A stretch of 64,000 bases of DNA from NCBI GenBank assembly GCA_010093815.1, contig ML996565.1. One strand, written 5' to 3'. Of the stretch, positions 46,368 through 59,693 are shown one piece after another (the stretch's first letter is position 1; every line of letters starts with the position of its first letter). A program made the translations under genes and the position numbers. Under the pieces are notes generated by a model. That model was not told the DNA's origin and made no database searches. It worked only from the letters and a program-made list of their open reading frames with translations. Source of the stretch: Pseudovirgaria hyperparasitica. Lineage: Eukaryota.

Positions 46368-49300
46368 ATGGCTAGAACGCGGACGCGCACTCGCAAGGCG
46401 AATGTAATAGAAGAGCAGGAAGAGGAAGACTCCGTTGATGAGAGTGTTGAGAGTCCTGAAGAAGACCATGAAGAGCAGAATGAAGAAGAAGGAGAAGATT
46501 ACGAGGGAGGAGGCACACAAGTACTTCAATTCAATAAGACATTGACCTGGAAAGCTGGCAGAGCCATACCAGTCGCAGACCTTCTGCGTCGCCTGCAAGA
46601 GCTGTGCACAGAGATGAGGGACATGGAGCAAGATGAAGTCGACACAGACTCTTTGCGTGCGGTATCGAAAGAGCTTGCGACCCCAAATCTGCTAGGACAC
46701 AAAGATCGCGGCATAAGAGCATGGACGGCATGCGCTTTGGCGGACATCTTCAGGCTTTGTGCCCCAAATGCACCATACAACGACAGGGAACTAAAAGTAA
46801 GCCATTAGGCCGGATCGAGTATTGAATTATATTAACACAAGACAGAGCATATTCGAGCTGTTTGTAGTCACGATCATCCCTGCTCTTGCTGATCCCTCGA
46901 ATCCATACGATTCCCAGCACAAATATGTCCTTCGTTCGTTGGCAGAGGTCAAGAGCGTCGTCATACTCGCTGATATCCGAGGAACAGAGCAATTACTCAC
47001 ACAAATGTTCACCGCTTGCTTCGACGTGTTGTCAGGACCGTCGAAAGCGATAAGCGGTGAAGATTTAAGCAAAAACGTAGAGCATCATATGACCATCATT
47101 CTCAGTGTTTTGGCAGATGAAACAGACGACTTGCCGACTGGAGCTATCGACGTAATCCTGGCCCAGTTCCTCAGAGCGGACCCTCGGTTGACTGGATTCT
47201 CAAATCTGAAAGTAAAGAAGTCAGAAGTCGCCGACGAAGCCCAATCCACTGCAGCGCTCAAAGAGGCTCCTGCAGCATATAACATGGCGAAGAATGTCTG
47301 CAACAACTCTGTCGACAAAATGTCGAAGTATATCACGACATATTTCAGCCAGATCATTGCCGATGCGTCCAACACTGCTTCGTTCAGAACAACGCATACC
47401 AAATCCCATAAAACCGCGAGCAGTCCATCTAGGGCTGACGATAGTCTCATGCAGGCTCGCTCAGATGAGGACATGAAAGAAATCAGTAAAGCACATCGCA
47501 TGCTGAGGGAGCTGTGGAGATCGACTCCAAATATTCTCGATTCAATCATCCCTCAACTTGATGCAGAGATCGGCACAGAAGACACTGATATACGTCTTAT
47601 AGTGACAGAGACTATAGGAGATATGGTTTCGGGGATCGGAGCTGCAGGCCCTCCACCTGCTACCAGTCTAAATCCTAATGCATATCCGTCTCAGGGTTTG
47701 ATAGCTGATAGTCCTAAGAGCTACAACTTCTTGACCACACCCGTATCCCTGCTTTCATTCCCGTTGAAGCATGCCTCTATTTACAACAGCTTTCTGTCAA
47801 GACGTAAAGACAAGTCGCCCGTTGTAAGAGCCGCTGTCGCAACAGGCTTGGGGAGGATACTAATGACATCTGCTGGGGGCGTTGGATTAGAGTCGGAAGA
47901 AGTCAAGAGGCTGCTCGCTTTCTTCTCTGATCTTCTGGTCGACACCGACGAGAGAGTCAGACTGGCTGTGGTCAAAGCTATTGAGAATTTCAACTTCTGG
48001 GACATCGTCCATAAGCTCGGCAACCTGGGTGGTATATCTACGGAGAACTCAATCCTACATAGCTTGAGCACGCGAACGAAAGATCCAAAACCAATCGTAC
48101 GTGTAGAAGCTACCAAACTTCTTGCAAAAATATGGGGTGTTGCTTCTGGCGCGATTAGTGAAGGGCAAGAGCAGATGGTAGAACTCTTCGGGCCCATACC
48201 CTCTCGCATTTTCGACGCATTATACATCAATGACCCTGAGATCAACACTCTCGTCAATCGAGTCTTGCATGAATCGCTTTTGCCATTAGGCTACCCGCCA
48301 ATCAAGGCAAAGGCATCCACTCAAACATCACAGTCCCAACGCTCAAACAAGGCTACTGATGAGTTGACTGAAGCAGACCTTGACAAAATTAGGGTGGAGC
48401 GTGTATTGATTTTGATGAGAGACCTTGAGGACAAAGCTAAGACCATCATGATCGCCCGTCAGGGGCAGCAAGGCCAAATGGCCAAGTTCATGGAAAAGTT
48501 TTTAAGCACTTGCGAAGCATACAATGTAAGAAGAGCCTGTGCTCATATGAAGCCACGGACTAACTACCCCTCCAGGGTGGTGTGATGGACAAAAACGAGA
48601 AAGAGACCAAAACGGTGCTTGGACGGTTGATTGAGTGGTTCTCAAAATCTTTACCTGAGACACAGAAAGCTTCCGAGGCCTTGTGGAAATTCGCTAAAAT
48701 CCACGACCGACGGAGCTATGCGCTGATCCGCTTTGCGATGGCCGCTGAAAGTGACTATCGCAAAGTATACCGATCTATCGTAAGGCTAAGTCATCAATGT
48801 AACTATACTCGACTAACAACTTGTAGAAAGAGCTTACAAAGAAAATTCAAGATGGCAAGGATCCGTATGTCTTGGACCATTTGCTGCCCCTCGTCTACCA
48901 ATCAAGCAGTCTTATCTATAATCGAAGTCATTTGCCTGCGATCATTCAGTTCTCTAGGACAAATGAGAAGAACCTTGGCGACATCGCTCACGAAGTCCTC
49001 AAGCAGATCTCGGAAAAGCACCCTGACATCTTCAAGGCCCATGTCAAAGACTTATGCAAAACTCTCGAAGGTGAAGCTCCGTCCGCCACCAGGAAGAACG
49101 GCACAGGCGCTGTACAGGATCTCAAAGCTTGTGCAGGGTTTGCGCGGAAGTTTGCCCACGAGCTACCGAAAGACCGAAAGTTTCTTCAGAGCATGATCAA
49201 CTACGCGCTTTACGGCACACCTGCGAAGGCCGCGAAACATGCTGTCACGATCCTTATGGCTGTTTCAGACAAGAAAGCCATGCATGCACGTGAGGTTGCG

Positions 49301-51155
49301 AGTAAGTGCGTCGATGACTTCGAGTATGGATCTGAGCATTACCTATCGATGCTCGCTGCCCTGAGTCAGCTTGCTCTGGTCGCTTCGAAAGAGATTGAAG
49401 ATCAGAGCGACGGCGTGTTTGACGTAGCCGTCAACCATGTCCTCCTGAAAGAAGCGCCGATACCCAATAACGAGAACTCTTCATGGACTGATCAGGCAGA
49501 CGAAGATTGTACAGCCAAGATATGGGCCTTGAAGCTCCTGGTCAATCGCGTTCGAGCGGTCGAGGATGTCGGCACAGCTAGGGACATCTCAGCGCCAGTC
49601 TACAAGTTCCTGAATCAATTGGTGTCACACGGCGGGGAACTCACGAAGAGTCCTACGTTCTCTGAAGCTACCAAGAGTCGGATGCGACTGACTGCTGCCC
49701 ATTTTCTTCTTAAGCTGAGCTGCATCAAACGACTAGATCCGCTCCTGAGTCTGAAGGCCTTCAATCAACTCTCTCTTGTCGCCCAGGATCCAAGCAAAAG
49801 TGTGCGAGCGGGCTTTGTCGACAAGTTGATGAAATATCTCGGTCTGCAAAAGCTCCCCAGTCGGTTCTATACCATACTCTTCTTACTTCCTTTCGAACCA
49901 GATCAAGCATTGCAGAAGGCCGTAACAACTTGGATTAGGTCTCGCGCTCTTGCCTTCAAACGACAGAAAGATACAACCATGGAGGCTTTGTTCTCTCGTT
50001 TTCTCAGTCTGCTTGCGCATCACCCGGATTTCGCGACGGAACCGACAGATCTACTCGACTTCGTTCGCTATATAATGTTTTATCTGAAGACTGTTGCTTC
50101 ACAGGAGAACTTAGGCTTGATATATCATGTGGCGCAACGGACTAAGGCCGTACAAGATGCTATTGACATCGAGAAGACCGAAAATCTTTACATACTGTCA
50201 GATCTAGCACAAGCTACCATTCGAACTTACCAGGACATCCAGTCTTATTCTATGCAAACCTGGCCAGGAAAGATAAAGATGCCGGGAGGTTTGTTTGCTG
50301 CTCTGCCTAGTCCTGAGCAAGCGCAAGAGATTGCGACCACGCAGTACATTCCAGAAGAGGTCATCGATGAGATCGAAGCCGTAGTGAGGGATTGTCTGAA
50401 GAACAAGAAGGTGTGTTCACGTAGGGTAATTCTTGAGCAGTCATACTAACTCGTAGCAGCGAAAACCAGAGCATCGCGACGGTGAGACCAACCGCCAAAC
50501 AAAGCGCGCCAAAGCGAGCTTGGGCCCAAATACAAAAAACTTGCCTGTTCGAAAGGCTGTGAAGACTCCCAAATCAAAGAAAAAGCATGAAAAACCTGTG
50601 TCTGAGGTCCCGTCAAGCGACCGTCGCCGCAGTGGTCGTCATACTGCCAATAAGAGTTACATTGAACATAGCGACGATGAGGATGATGAGGAAATGGAAG
50701 AATGGGATCAGCATACCAGTGATTCATGTAAACGAAAGAACGAAGATGCAACTATGAGTGACCTCGAGGAAGCGGAGGAAGAAGATGAGGAGATGAGAGG
50801 AGAGGAAGCGGAAGAGGAAGGAGGAGAGGTAGAACCGGAAGAACCACAGGAGGAGGAGGAGGGATACGAAGGGAATGGGGACCACAGTGATGATATAATG
50901 GGCCAGTCCGATGACGAGCCCGACAAAGACGATGAGGCAGACGATGAAACAAAGGATTATGATCTGCCATCGTCGCCGCCAGTAAAGAGAGCGAGCAAAG
51001 CATCCGCGTTGAAAAAGTCTAACGGGGTGAAGAGTTCGCCAGCAACATTGCCAAATGGTAAAGCGATGACAGCGAGGAACACGAGGACATCGAAGACAGA
51101 GAAGTCTACGAAGACAACAGCTACACCTACACGGCGTTCTGCAAGACGTGCATAA
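46368..51155 (+). CDS. PDS5: Sister chromatid cohesion protein Pds5 (BimD/Spo76)
   Basis: LLGHKDRGIRAWTACALADIFRLCAPNAPY, LRSLAEVKS, HDRRSY, LLAHHPDF, ENLYILSDLAQ; acidic/basic disordered tail; 4 introns. Confidence 0.96.
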
Positions 51156-52241
51156 AAGCTAATGTACAACCTTGAGTCGCCATTCTTTGTTGGTCGTTGG
51201 TTATCGGTCATTGTGTCCTGTACGTCTGTACATTTGTGAATTTCAAACCTCCGGTATACCGGACCTTATCGCGTTTTCAATCAAGTTAGCAAGCATGGCG
51301 TCATACGGATGCGTTGGAATGATCAATAACTCCGGGCGTTTGTGTAGTGCCACAAGAATCATGTTGTACGCTATGATTATTAGTACGACCTGCAGTCTTT
51401 CAGGGTCGTTCATGTAGCGTAGTTTCCTGGTCTCCGGTATCATCCACAAGGCCCATGTGTGCACCTTTACGCAGCTCTGGGCAAGTATCATGAGAAGCAA
51501 TAACGCAAGCGACTTTTAAGCAGTTTGCTGCATCTCGCACTATGCGCGGTACGTCCGCATTGTTTAGTCAGCCACCCCAGATTGCTTTTTAGCAACATCG
51601 TAGGTCGTAGAAATAACACCCAACGAATGATAACCTCAAGGCCGTCTTTAAGTGTACCTTGTCCACGTGCCTCGGAAAGACGTCGCTTACGGTCGGTGCT
51701 GTTGAGAAACCTCTGGACATGGCTGTCTTGCTCAGAAACAACAAGTCTCAGTCTCGAAACGCAAAATAGACGTTACTGAAAGTGCAAAACTCAGTCGAAA
51801 TGGGGATATCCTATGACTACACACAGCAAGATTTTGCCGCAGTAAGAAAACAGAATATTGCAGGCCCCCTTGACCAAATCAACCAAGGTTCAAAGATTCG
51901 TTCTAATGACAAAAAGTCTTGGCATCCGTCGGCTGAAATTGCAAAAGAAATGTACTCATACATGACTTAGGGAGGATCGAACCCAAGATCTGGTAGCAGG
52001 ATTAATAATCCAGTGTTGCAAGAGCAGATTTGAGCGTGACATGATACCACCCGACCACGGTAGATGATTAACTGTAAGCGGCTGAGAATTGTAAATCTTG
52101 GGGGCTTTATATATTACACGAAAAATGTTCTTTGGGTAGGAGGAAGAAGACGACGAAGAGCGTGTGTGTCTGTGCGCTAGAGTGACGTGGTGGTGTGAAT
52201 GTTCTCTCGCGTTCACTTGTTCCGCCCAACGTGCAAACACT

Positions 52242-53241
52242 TCACAACGCACTACCTAGTTTGAGATCTGGCCCCTGGGCCATGTTGAGACCTTGAGAAG
52301 CAGATATATGGCCGGCTTCTGCCTGTGTGGCGCCATTCATTGTTTTCTTCTTCGTTTTCCGCAGAGCTAACAGTTTCCATAACAACATACTCTGAAGCCC
52401 GCTCGCGACGCAAGTCGCGATGGTCATTCTCCTAGCATGGCCAGCGCTCGTGCATACTTTCAGTAGTGTGCCCTGTGAAGGTGTCACCACTCGGGCTAGT
52501 GAGCACACTCACGCCTCAGCGGAGACAAGGCGTTTGGTATTGGTCGCGTCGAACGAGGAAACCAGAACGGATGCAGCAATGTTGAGTTGTGAGGAACTGA
52601 CGGTTACAGACACAAATACGGCGACTACGAGAGCGGTTAGGGCGCTGATGAGGCTGGCACTCAGGGCGCCAATGTCGAACTTGCGCGTGCTGTTGATCTA
52701 CAACAACGTTAGCCTGTCTGAACCAATACTACTGTCTGACGCCATAAATCGAAGGATCGTGCTTGGAGAGCTGTTTTTACAGTGTCAAGTCGCATAAAGG
52801 ACGGTTTCGCGGATCCAGATATCGCGATGTTCTTCCCAGTTGACTCAACAACTGCTTGGTAATGAGACTCAATTGACCTTACGCATTCTCCATCGAGGCC
52901 GGAAGTAACTTGGATTCACAATCTCTACTCACTCGCTCTTTGTCCGCATCGTTGTCATTCATAGCATGCCCTTCATGCATCTGTCTGCCGTTCAAGATGC
53001 TCATAATCACAAAACAAGCAGCTGTCACGCCAACAATCCCACAAGCGATTAGCCCTTTCGAGTCCTCAGGCGTGTAGTTGGCGGTTGGGAACGGCAGGAG
53101 GCTTCGTATCGATTCCACAGCGTCCGATGTATTGGCCGCTATGACAATGATGACAATACTCATACAGAGAATGAGTAAAGATATTGGGACAAGGAAAATA
53201 TGGATGACTTTGAGATCGGTACGCTTAGGCTTTGGTGCCAT
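52242..53241 (-). pseudogene. Fungal multi-TM (MARVEL-like) membrane protein gene with one in-frame TGA
   Basis: Exon 53241-52933, intron GTGAGT..GCTAAC..TAG, exon from 52697 reads ...RLVSAEA*VCSL...KVCTSAGHARR..; TGA at 52511-52509; the same frame then stays open to 52242. Confidence 0.6.
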
Positions 53242-53903
53242 CTTTCATAGCAATGAGAGAAGTATGAGAATGTACATATTGCCAAAGGGCAGAAGAATGA
53301 GGTGCATATATACATTTTTATCAAATATCAAAGTGCCAGATTGCTACGATTTGACGTGGAAACCATAGCAAAGGAGAATTAGTTTGTTCCACCAAGTTTT
53401 GCGTCGTGGTCTACCGTCACTGATTTCAGCCAGGTAGGTGACAAATAAGAAGACATGGAAATGATCTCATGCCATGAATGAATAATGACAGGGATGTCAT
53501 CGTGCGCTGTCATCACTAAAGACCTCGTTGTAATATCTAATTAGTCGGGACTCAACGACTTGTCGTAGAAATTCAAAATTTCACGCGAGGGCTGGGATGA
53601 AGTGTGGCTTTCAGCTGCATTCTTTATAATTCCCTGAGCAGGCGTTCAATATGGGCCGCTAAAAGTAGACCTCAACTTCCGGATAACCTTCATACTATGA
53701 ATCTCGCGCGAGGCAGTCGCAACAGTAACAGAAGCAGCCACTCTGAGGTGGTTGATAGCTTTAGATACGGCAGGCGCACGATCAGGCCCTAATGTGCATC
53801 TTCTAGCAATCCATCCGCTTCTCGACTTCGCCGCCGACTGCAGAAGGCCTCGAGCCTACACGGACTGCTTCTTCCATCCCATCACCAATCGTCCTTCTTT
53901 ATC

Positions 53904-55163
53904 ATGGCAGACGGGAATGGTGTCCCTCAGATTCCAGGCCTTCAGCCTCCCCAAGAGATAGTCTACCACCTGCGTGAACTCATCGCCAATGTCCTCGGGC
54001 GCGGACCCACGTCGTTCCCCGGCGCACAGCCTGTTTCCTTCGCACGCGCGCATCTACAAGAGCTGAGGAAGGAAAACTACTTCATGTGCGAAAAAACAGA
54101 CGGAATAAGATGCCTCCTTTGGCTTGATGAGGACTCGGAAGGCGGCGAGTCATGCTATCTCATCGACCGCAAGAACGACTACTACTACCTAGAGGGCGCG
54201 CATTTCCCCAGGAGTGGAGATCCGACATTCGAGAAGTTCCATCAGCAAACTCTCCTCGACGGCGAGCTGGTATATGATGCTGTAAAGACACCACAGGGTA
54301 TCGAGAAACGGCTTCGATTCCTGGTCTTCGACATTCTCGTCCTCGAGAAAGAGAGCATCATGCACAAGCCACTCAGCGGGCGCCTTGGCCGTCTGCGCGA
54401 CTATGTCACAAACCCATACAACGACTGGCTTAAACGCTACCCAGAGGCATTATCCACGCAGCCATTCGAACTAAAAGCAAAGGGCATGGAGTTTCCATAC
54501 GCCATGGGCGTGATGTTCAACGAAAAACTACCCAACCTTGAGCATGGCAACGACGGCCTCATCTTCACATGCTGCAACACAAGCTACAAACACGGTACCG
54601 ATGAAAACATTATAAAATGGAAGCCGCCGCACGAGAATACAATCGACTTCCGCCTCGACCTCCAACAGTTCCCCATGATCGACCCTGAAGACGGCGAGGA
54701 CGGCATGATCCCAGACTACGATGCCATTCCTACCTTCAGCCTTCTCATTGGCGAATCTGCCAATAAATTCTCTGAATTCGGAACCCTGCACCTCGAGCCT
54801 GATGAATGGGAGTCTATGAAGAAACTAAAGCAAGTGCTCGATGGGCGTATCATCGAATGCTGGCGCGACGACAAGGGACGATGGCGCTTCAAGCGCGAAC
54901 CAGACGGTAGTCCGCGGTTCCGAGACGATAAAGACGCGCCGAATCATATCAGTACGGCGCACAAGGTGATGGCGAGTATACGAGATGGTGTCACGGAAAT
55001 GGACCTACTGAAGGCGGAAACGGATATTCGGAGGGAGTGGAAGGCAAGGGCTGAGCGGAAGAAGAGGGAAGAAGAGGCTGCGAGGCATGCGCATGCTCAT
55101 GCAAGAAAACATTCGTTGCAGAGAGAGGAGAGTGAGGCGAAGAGAATAAAGACTGAGGCATAG
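53904..55163 (+). CDS. CEG1: mRNA capping enzyme alpha subunit (guanylyltransferase)
   Basis: FPGAQPVSF, CEKTDGIR (KxDG), LLDGELV, DGLIF, KWKP, RFRDDK. Confidence 0.97.
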   Translation: MADGNGVPQIPGLQPPQEIVYHLRELIANVLGRGPTSFPGAQPVSFARAHLQELRKENYFMCEKTDGIRCLLWLDEDSEGGESCYLIDRKNDYYYLEGAHFPRSGDPTFEKFHQQTLLDGELVYDAVKTPQGIEKRLRFLVFDILVLEKESIMHKPLSGRLGRLRDYVTNPYNDWLKRYPEALSTQPFELKAKGMEFPYAMGVMFNEKLPNLEHGNDGLIFTCCNTSYKHGTDENIIKWKPPHENTIDFRLDLQQFPMIDPEDGEDGMIPDYDAIPTFSLLIGESANKFSEFGTLHLEPDEWESMKKLKQVLDGRIIECWRDDKGRWRFKREPDGSPRFRDDKDAPNHISTAHKVMASIRDGVTEMDLLKAETDIRREWKARAERKKREEEAARHAHAHARKHSLQREESEAKRIKTEA

Positions 55164-55393
55164 GCGCGGCTGGCTCGCTAGCACTACGCACAACATATGT
55201 ACTAATGATACCCCAGGCAATGTCAGAAGGCGTTTTGGAAATTTTCGACTGTTTGGATAGGCGAAATCCATATGTCGCGTAGCTCCGCAGTATTATGTAC
55301 AATGCTTGATCTGTAATTCATACAATACTTTTACACATTCCACCCTATACACCTAGACCACCCGAAACGCCGTCACTAATCACGTGCGTGTAT

Positions 55394-56558
55394 CTAGATC
55401 GGTCTTCCTAGCTGCGGCCCATCCCTCATGAACTTACTCTCCAGCATGACCTGTCCCTTCATTTCTGCTGGGCCCCCAAATACCCACAAGCCCTTCCCAA
55501 AGTCCTCATCGCCCAGTTGATCCAACCTCCACAACTCCTTCCTCATCCACCCAACAATCATCGCCAACACTTTCCCATTCACGTCCTCGTTCGCATTGAA
55601 CACATTGCGCCACACCGCCGCCGCAAGCACTGCGTCGCCCCTCATGAGTCCCTCGTCATAAGATAAGATTGCGCCGCGCCATTGCGATGATAGACCCTTT
55701 AGAAACGACTGTCGTTTTGCGGAGGAGGATATGAGGTGATGCGTGATCATGCGTTTCTCAGCCATGTTGAAGAAATGGTCGATGAGGTGCTGCTGCCATG
55801 TTCCAGCGGACGAGGTAGGAAAAAGGCGCAGGCGCGTGTGTAGGAGGTAGATATGGAGGAAGGAGACCTGAGCCCAAGTCGCGAACGTTGCGGGCAGCTT
55901 AGCATCTATGAGAGATTTAGTTCGAGCATTACTACAATCTACAGTGATGCGGATGTGTGTATAGAGGGGAGACAGAGAGATACGGACCATCAAACCACCA
56001 ACTCTCCTTCCCAATCCCGACCTCCTCCCCATCCGCCAGCATTTCTGGCTCAACCCCCTGCTCCACATTCGGCATTGAGTAGTCCGCTTGCGCAGTACAG
56101 CTCTGGACTAGATTCATCGTTGCCCCGTACGCCGCATACGTCTCTGTGACATTGGGCGCAAGATGCCTTAGCCTTTGAGCCACATTTCCCTTTCTGGGCA
56201 TCGCGCCCCCAATCATCGTCATATTTTCTTGAATGTACTGGAGTTGTGTGTTGTATTCTGCGCGCTGGGAATCGGTCATTCCCAGGTTTGCGAGTGAGTG
56301 GATATCGGACTGGAGGGCGGACATGCGGGTCTTGTAGGAGTCGAAGTCTGCGAGGACACTGGATACATCGTGAGATACACTATTGGCGATCTTGGTTGCT
56401 TCTGCAAGACGTAGAGGTGTGCTGGAGAGGTGACGTGTTGGCTATGGTTTAGTTAGTAGATTCTTCGCGTGAAGATCAGAATTATTTACCATTCTGCATA
56501 TAGTCTGGCGGCTGCGCAGAGCCCGGAAACAGGCTCGGCAGGTGTTACTAGAGCTCAT
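55394..56558 (-). CDS. CBP3: Ubiquinol-cytochrome c chaperone Cbp3
   Basis: Presequence-like MSSSNTCRACFRAL; ETYAAYGAT, TFATWAQVSFLHIYLL, QWRGAILSYDEGLMRGDAVLAAAVWRN; 2 introns. Confidence 0.92.
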
Positions 56559-56781
56559 TGCACGTAGAAGGTCGATAAGTGGTTTAGATGCGGTGCGTTC
56601 GTCAGTAGGTGGTCTGTAATTAGTAGCTGGTCTGTAGTAGCTGGTCCATGATCTCACCATATTTTAACGCATCTCGAACTAAAAATCGCTCCGAATGAAT
56701 TGTACGGAGCGGTGATTTGGCGGAGGAACCTCCGAGCATTCAAGCATCTCTACTTCTTTAGTACTACAGATATTATTACAT

Positions 56782-59400
56782 TCAAGCGCCTCGCATCTCG
56801 TTCAGTACAGCCTTTTGCCGATGTGTACTCATTCGCTCGAAACGATCCACGCTCATGACAAAGGTGCCTCTTCCACCAGTCAATGACCGTAGGCGTTTTA
56901 GGTATCCGACCATCTCTTTTAGTGGCACTCGAGCAGTTATCTGCCGCTGTGCGTCCAGCACACCTATTCCAGACCCAAAGGAGCTACCGAAAGGATCTGG
57001 AGGTGCATACACCTTATTTACATCAAGTATAGGTAGGTAGTCTCGGGGTGTAGATGCAGCTGATTCACCTTCTAGCGATAACACTTGCCCTCCTCTTGCT
57101 GAACTTATGTCCTGGATGACAGAACCCATGTCAGATTCATTCATTGTGATAGTCACATTCATGACCGGCTCCATGATGATAGTGTTCTCTACAGCATTGG
57201 ACTGTCGCAAGGCGTTTTTCACAGCCCGGAAAGCTGCCGTCGACACGGCCGAAAGCGTTGTGTCCGGGAAAATGTGCTGAGCCGGATCTATGTCCACAAC
57301 AATTTCGACAGAGTGAACAGGATAGTGAAATTTAGGGCCTCGGGCCAGGCCCGCCTTTACGCCTGTCTGCAGACTGTTGATCAGACCACCTAAAGATATA
57401 TGCTCGGGCAGACGAGGGTGGCTTTTATGAATCGGCTCTCCATCGACGTCCAAAGTCGGGTGTCTCACAACTAAGCGGTACGCCTCAGCATCGATGACAG
57501 TGATACCATCTACTGTCAAGTCGGTATCGCTGATATCGAGATGGCGTACTCTCACATCACAGACTGCCTTTGAGATGGTTCCACCGAATTCTCTATTGAG
57601 ATGCTCAGTGTATGACTCCGACAACTCTGGAATCGTCTCTCTGTATCCTATTTCGATGCTGCCGACCGAAGCTTTGACCTTCATGTCATTTATAAGTCTT
57701 CCACTCGCAATCTCAAGGTGCAGTTCGCCCATGCCTGCAAGGTGAGTCTGCCCACTTTCGGGATCCTCAGATACATTAAGGCTTGGGTCTTCCCTCAGAA
57801 GTACGGCTAATTGCTCCGACAAATTCTTTCCCTCAGAGAGGCTTTGCGGCTCGACACTGGAAAAGAACACCGGAGGAGGTACTGTGATCGGACGAAGCTG
57901 TAGCGAGTTCAGGGGTGCTGGAGGCCCAGACTTGGAATTCATGCCACTGTAGCTTATCAGGGTATCACCAGTCCTCGCAAACTTCAGGCCAGGAATAACT
58001 CCAATCTGGCCTGCTTCAATAGATTCCAACTCTACTGCATCATTGGCGTACATTCTAAGTAGCTTATGTGCCTTTTCAATAACGTTAAGGTTCGTGTTGT
58101 ATATGTTTGTACCACGTTCAAGTGCACCTGAGTAGACCCGCACATAAACCAAAGCCCCTCTCTTAGCATCATTCACGACCTTGAAAGCCAGCGCACAACA
58201 TTTAAGGTTCCGGGCAATGGGGAGTCCAGTCCCACCAGTCTTTTTCTTCTTCGGAGACTCTGTAAGCTCCGTGGTGCCGGACATCACGTGCTCCAGTGCG
58301 GTGCGTTTTCCACTCAGATTGACTTCGGCGTCGGGTCGCTCGGTTGGAGCTGGTAAAAGATCGACGACAGCATCGAGTAATGGTTGCACGCCGACATTGC
58401 GGAAGCTTGCTCCGCAGTACACAGGCACCACGCGCTGAGGCGACTGTAGAACACATCTCCTTAAGGAGGCGACAACATCTGTAGCCGGTATAGCAAGATG
58501 GTCCTCCTCGTGGTCCAGATACTTCTCGACCATCCCCTCATCGTACTCACTGAGCAGCTCGATGAGAGCAACTCGTGCGTGCTTGAGCTCCTCGGCGAGT
58601 TCCTGGGTCATTTCAGAGAGTGGCAAAAGCTTGACAGATCTCCCGTCACTGCCTTTCTCCCACACAAGACCTTGCATGCGTATAACGTCTGCGACTCCTT
58701 GGAGCGAGCCGTTGCCATGTTCCCATATAGGTATTTGACAGACAGCTGGCCAAGTCTGTAGTCGCATGGCTATCTCCTTCACTGTCTTACCAAAAGCTGC
58801 ACCTTCCCTATCCAACTTGTTGACGAATATGAGTCTTGGGATCTGGTAGGTATCTGCTTGAATCCATACTTTTTCCGTTTGCGCCTCTACTCCAGCCACA
58901 CCGTCCAGGATACAGACAGCTCCATCCAGAATACGTAATGATCGTAGGACTTCGAAGGTGAAGTCCGCATGGCCTGGCGTATCTATGAGATTGATGTTGT
59001 GAGGCACAGATGATTTTGGGGTCCCAGGATTGAGACTTGAATGCTTCGAATTGGATGTCACGCCAGACGGGAGTGGTGGCCAATGGAACGAGATAGCGGC
59101 GGATTGAATGGTGATTCCACGTGCTCGTTCAGCGGGTAGGAAATCTGTAACAGTAGAGCCCTCGTCTACGTCGCCTAATCTGCGAGTGTAGCCACTGTAA
59201 TAGAGCATTCGCTCGGTTGTGGTCGTTTTGCCAGCATCTATATGAGCGATAATTCCAATGTTGCGAGTCCTAGAAGAAACCTCCAGTGTTTCTGGTGGGT
59301 TTGCTTCAACGGCATATTGGCGGTGCGTTGACGCGTGGATTGAAGCTGGTAAATGGAGCGACCGCAATCGATACGCTCGCCAGGTCCATACCGCTCTCAT
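56782..59400 (-). CDS. MEF2: Mitochondrial ribosome-releasing factor 2 (EF-G2mt)
   Basis: [63 protein letters not shown]. Confidence 0.95.
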   Translation of the reverse strand: MRAVWTWRAYRLRSLHLPASIHASTHRQYAVEANPPETLEVSSRTRNIGIIAHIDAGKTTTTERMLYYSGYTRRLGDVDEGSTVTDFLPAERARGITIQSAAISFHWPPLPSGVTSNSKHSSLNPGTPKSSVPHNINLIDTPGHADFTFEVLRSLRILDGAVCILDGVAGVEAQTEKVWIQADTYQIPRLIFVNKLDREGAAFGKTVKEIAMRLQTWPAVCQIPIWEHGNGSLQGVADVIRMQGLVWEKGSDGRSVKLLPLSEMTQELAEELKHARVALIELLSEYDEGMVEKYLDHEEDHLAIPATDVVASLRRCVLQSPQRVVPVYCGASFRNVGVQPLLDAVVDLLPAPTERPDAEVNLSGKRTALEHVMSGTTELTESPKKKKTGGTGLPIARNLKCCALAFKVVNDAKRGALVYVRVYSGALERGTNIYNTNLNVIEKAHKLLRMYANDAVELESIEAGQIGVIPGLKFARTGDTLISYSGMNSKSGPPAPLNSLQLRPITVPPPVFFSSVEPQSLSEGKNLSEQLAVLLREDPSLNVSEDPESGQTHLAGMGELHLEIASGRLINDMKVKASVGSIEIGYRETIPELSESYTEHLNREFGGTISKAVCDVRVRHLDISDTDLTVDGITVIDAEAYRLVVRHPTLDVDGEPIHKSHPRLPEHISLGGLINSLQTGVKAGLARGPKFHYPVHSVEIVVDIDPAQHIFPDTTLSAVSTAAFRAVKNALRQSNAVENTIIMEPVMNVTITMNESDMGSVIQDISSARGGQVLSLEGESAASTPRDYLPILDVNKVYAPPDPFGSSFGSGIGVLDAQRQITARVPLKEMVGYLKRLRSLTGGRGTFVMSVDRFERMSTHRQKAVLNEMRGA

Positions 59401-59693
59401 CCCCGGGTTCGATGAGCTAAATGCACATCAAAGCAGGTTGAAGTTTCAATGTGAAGGATTCAGGATGCCAAAGTAAACGCCAAGTAGATCAACCATTCTA
59501 TGTTGGATCAATTACTTACGGTACTTCGATCCATGCCTGGTAAGACGTAAATGCCAAGAACGATGGGTCCCGCAGATGCTGGTCCGTGGCCAGACGACAT
59601 AATACAGGCCCCTACGACCTCACATACACTCTGCAAGTTGTCCGCATATCTTTGAAACTCAACCTTCCCTTCAACCTCTCCTTCCTGCGCATT

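Noticed and set aside
52509..52511. Selenocysteine recoding of the in-frame TGA
   Set aside because: Ascomycetes lack Sec machinery, and the context suggests Trp rather than Cys.
56687..56711. CGCTCCG-N11-CGGAGCG inverted repeat between MEF2 and CBP3
   Set aside because: 7-bp arms are plausible by chance in 64 kb; no supporting evidence.
1..59400. Many mitochondria-related genes (CEM1, PPR-like, CPA1, TIM13, TCD, CBP3, MEF2) as a functional cluster
   Set aside because: They are interspersed with unrelated genes and belong to a large functional class; enrichment cannot be shown without a genome background.
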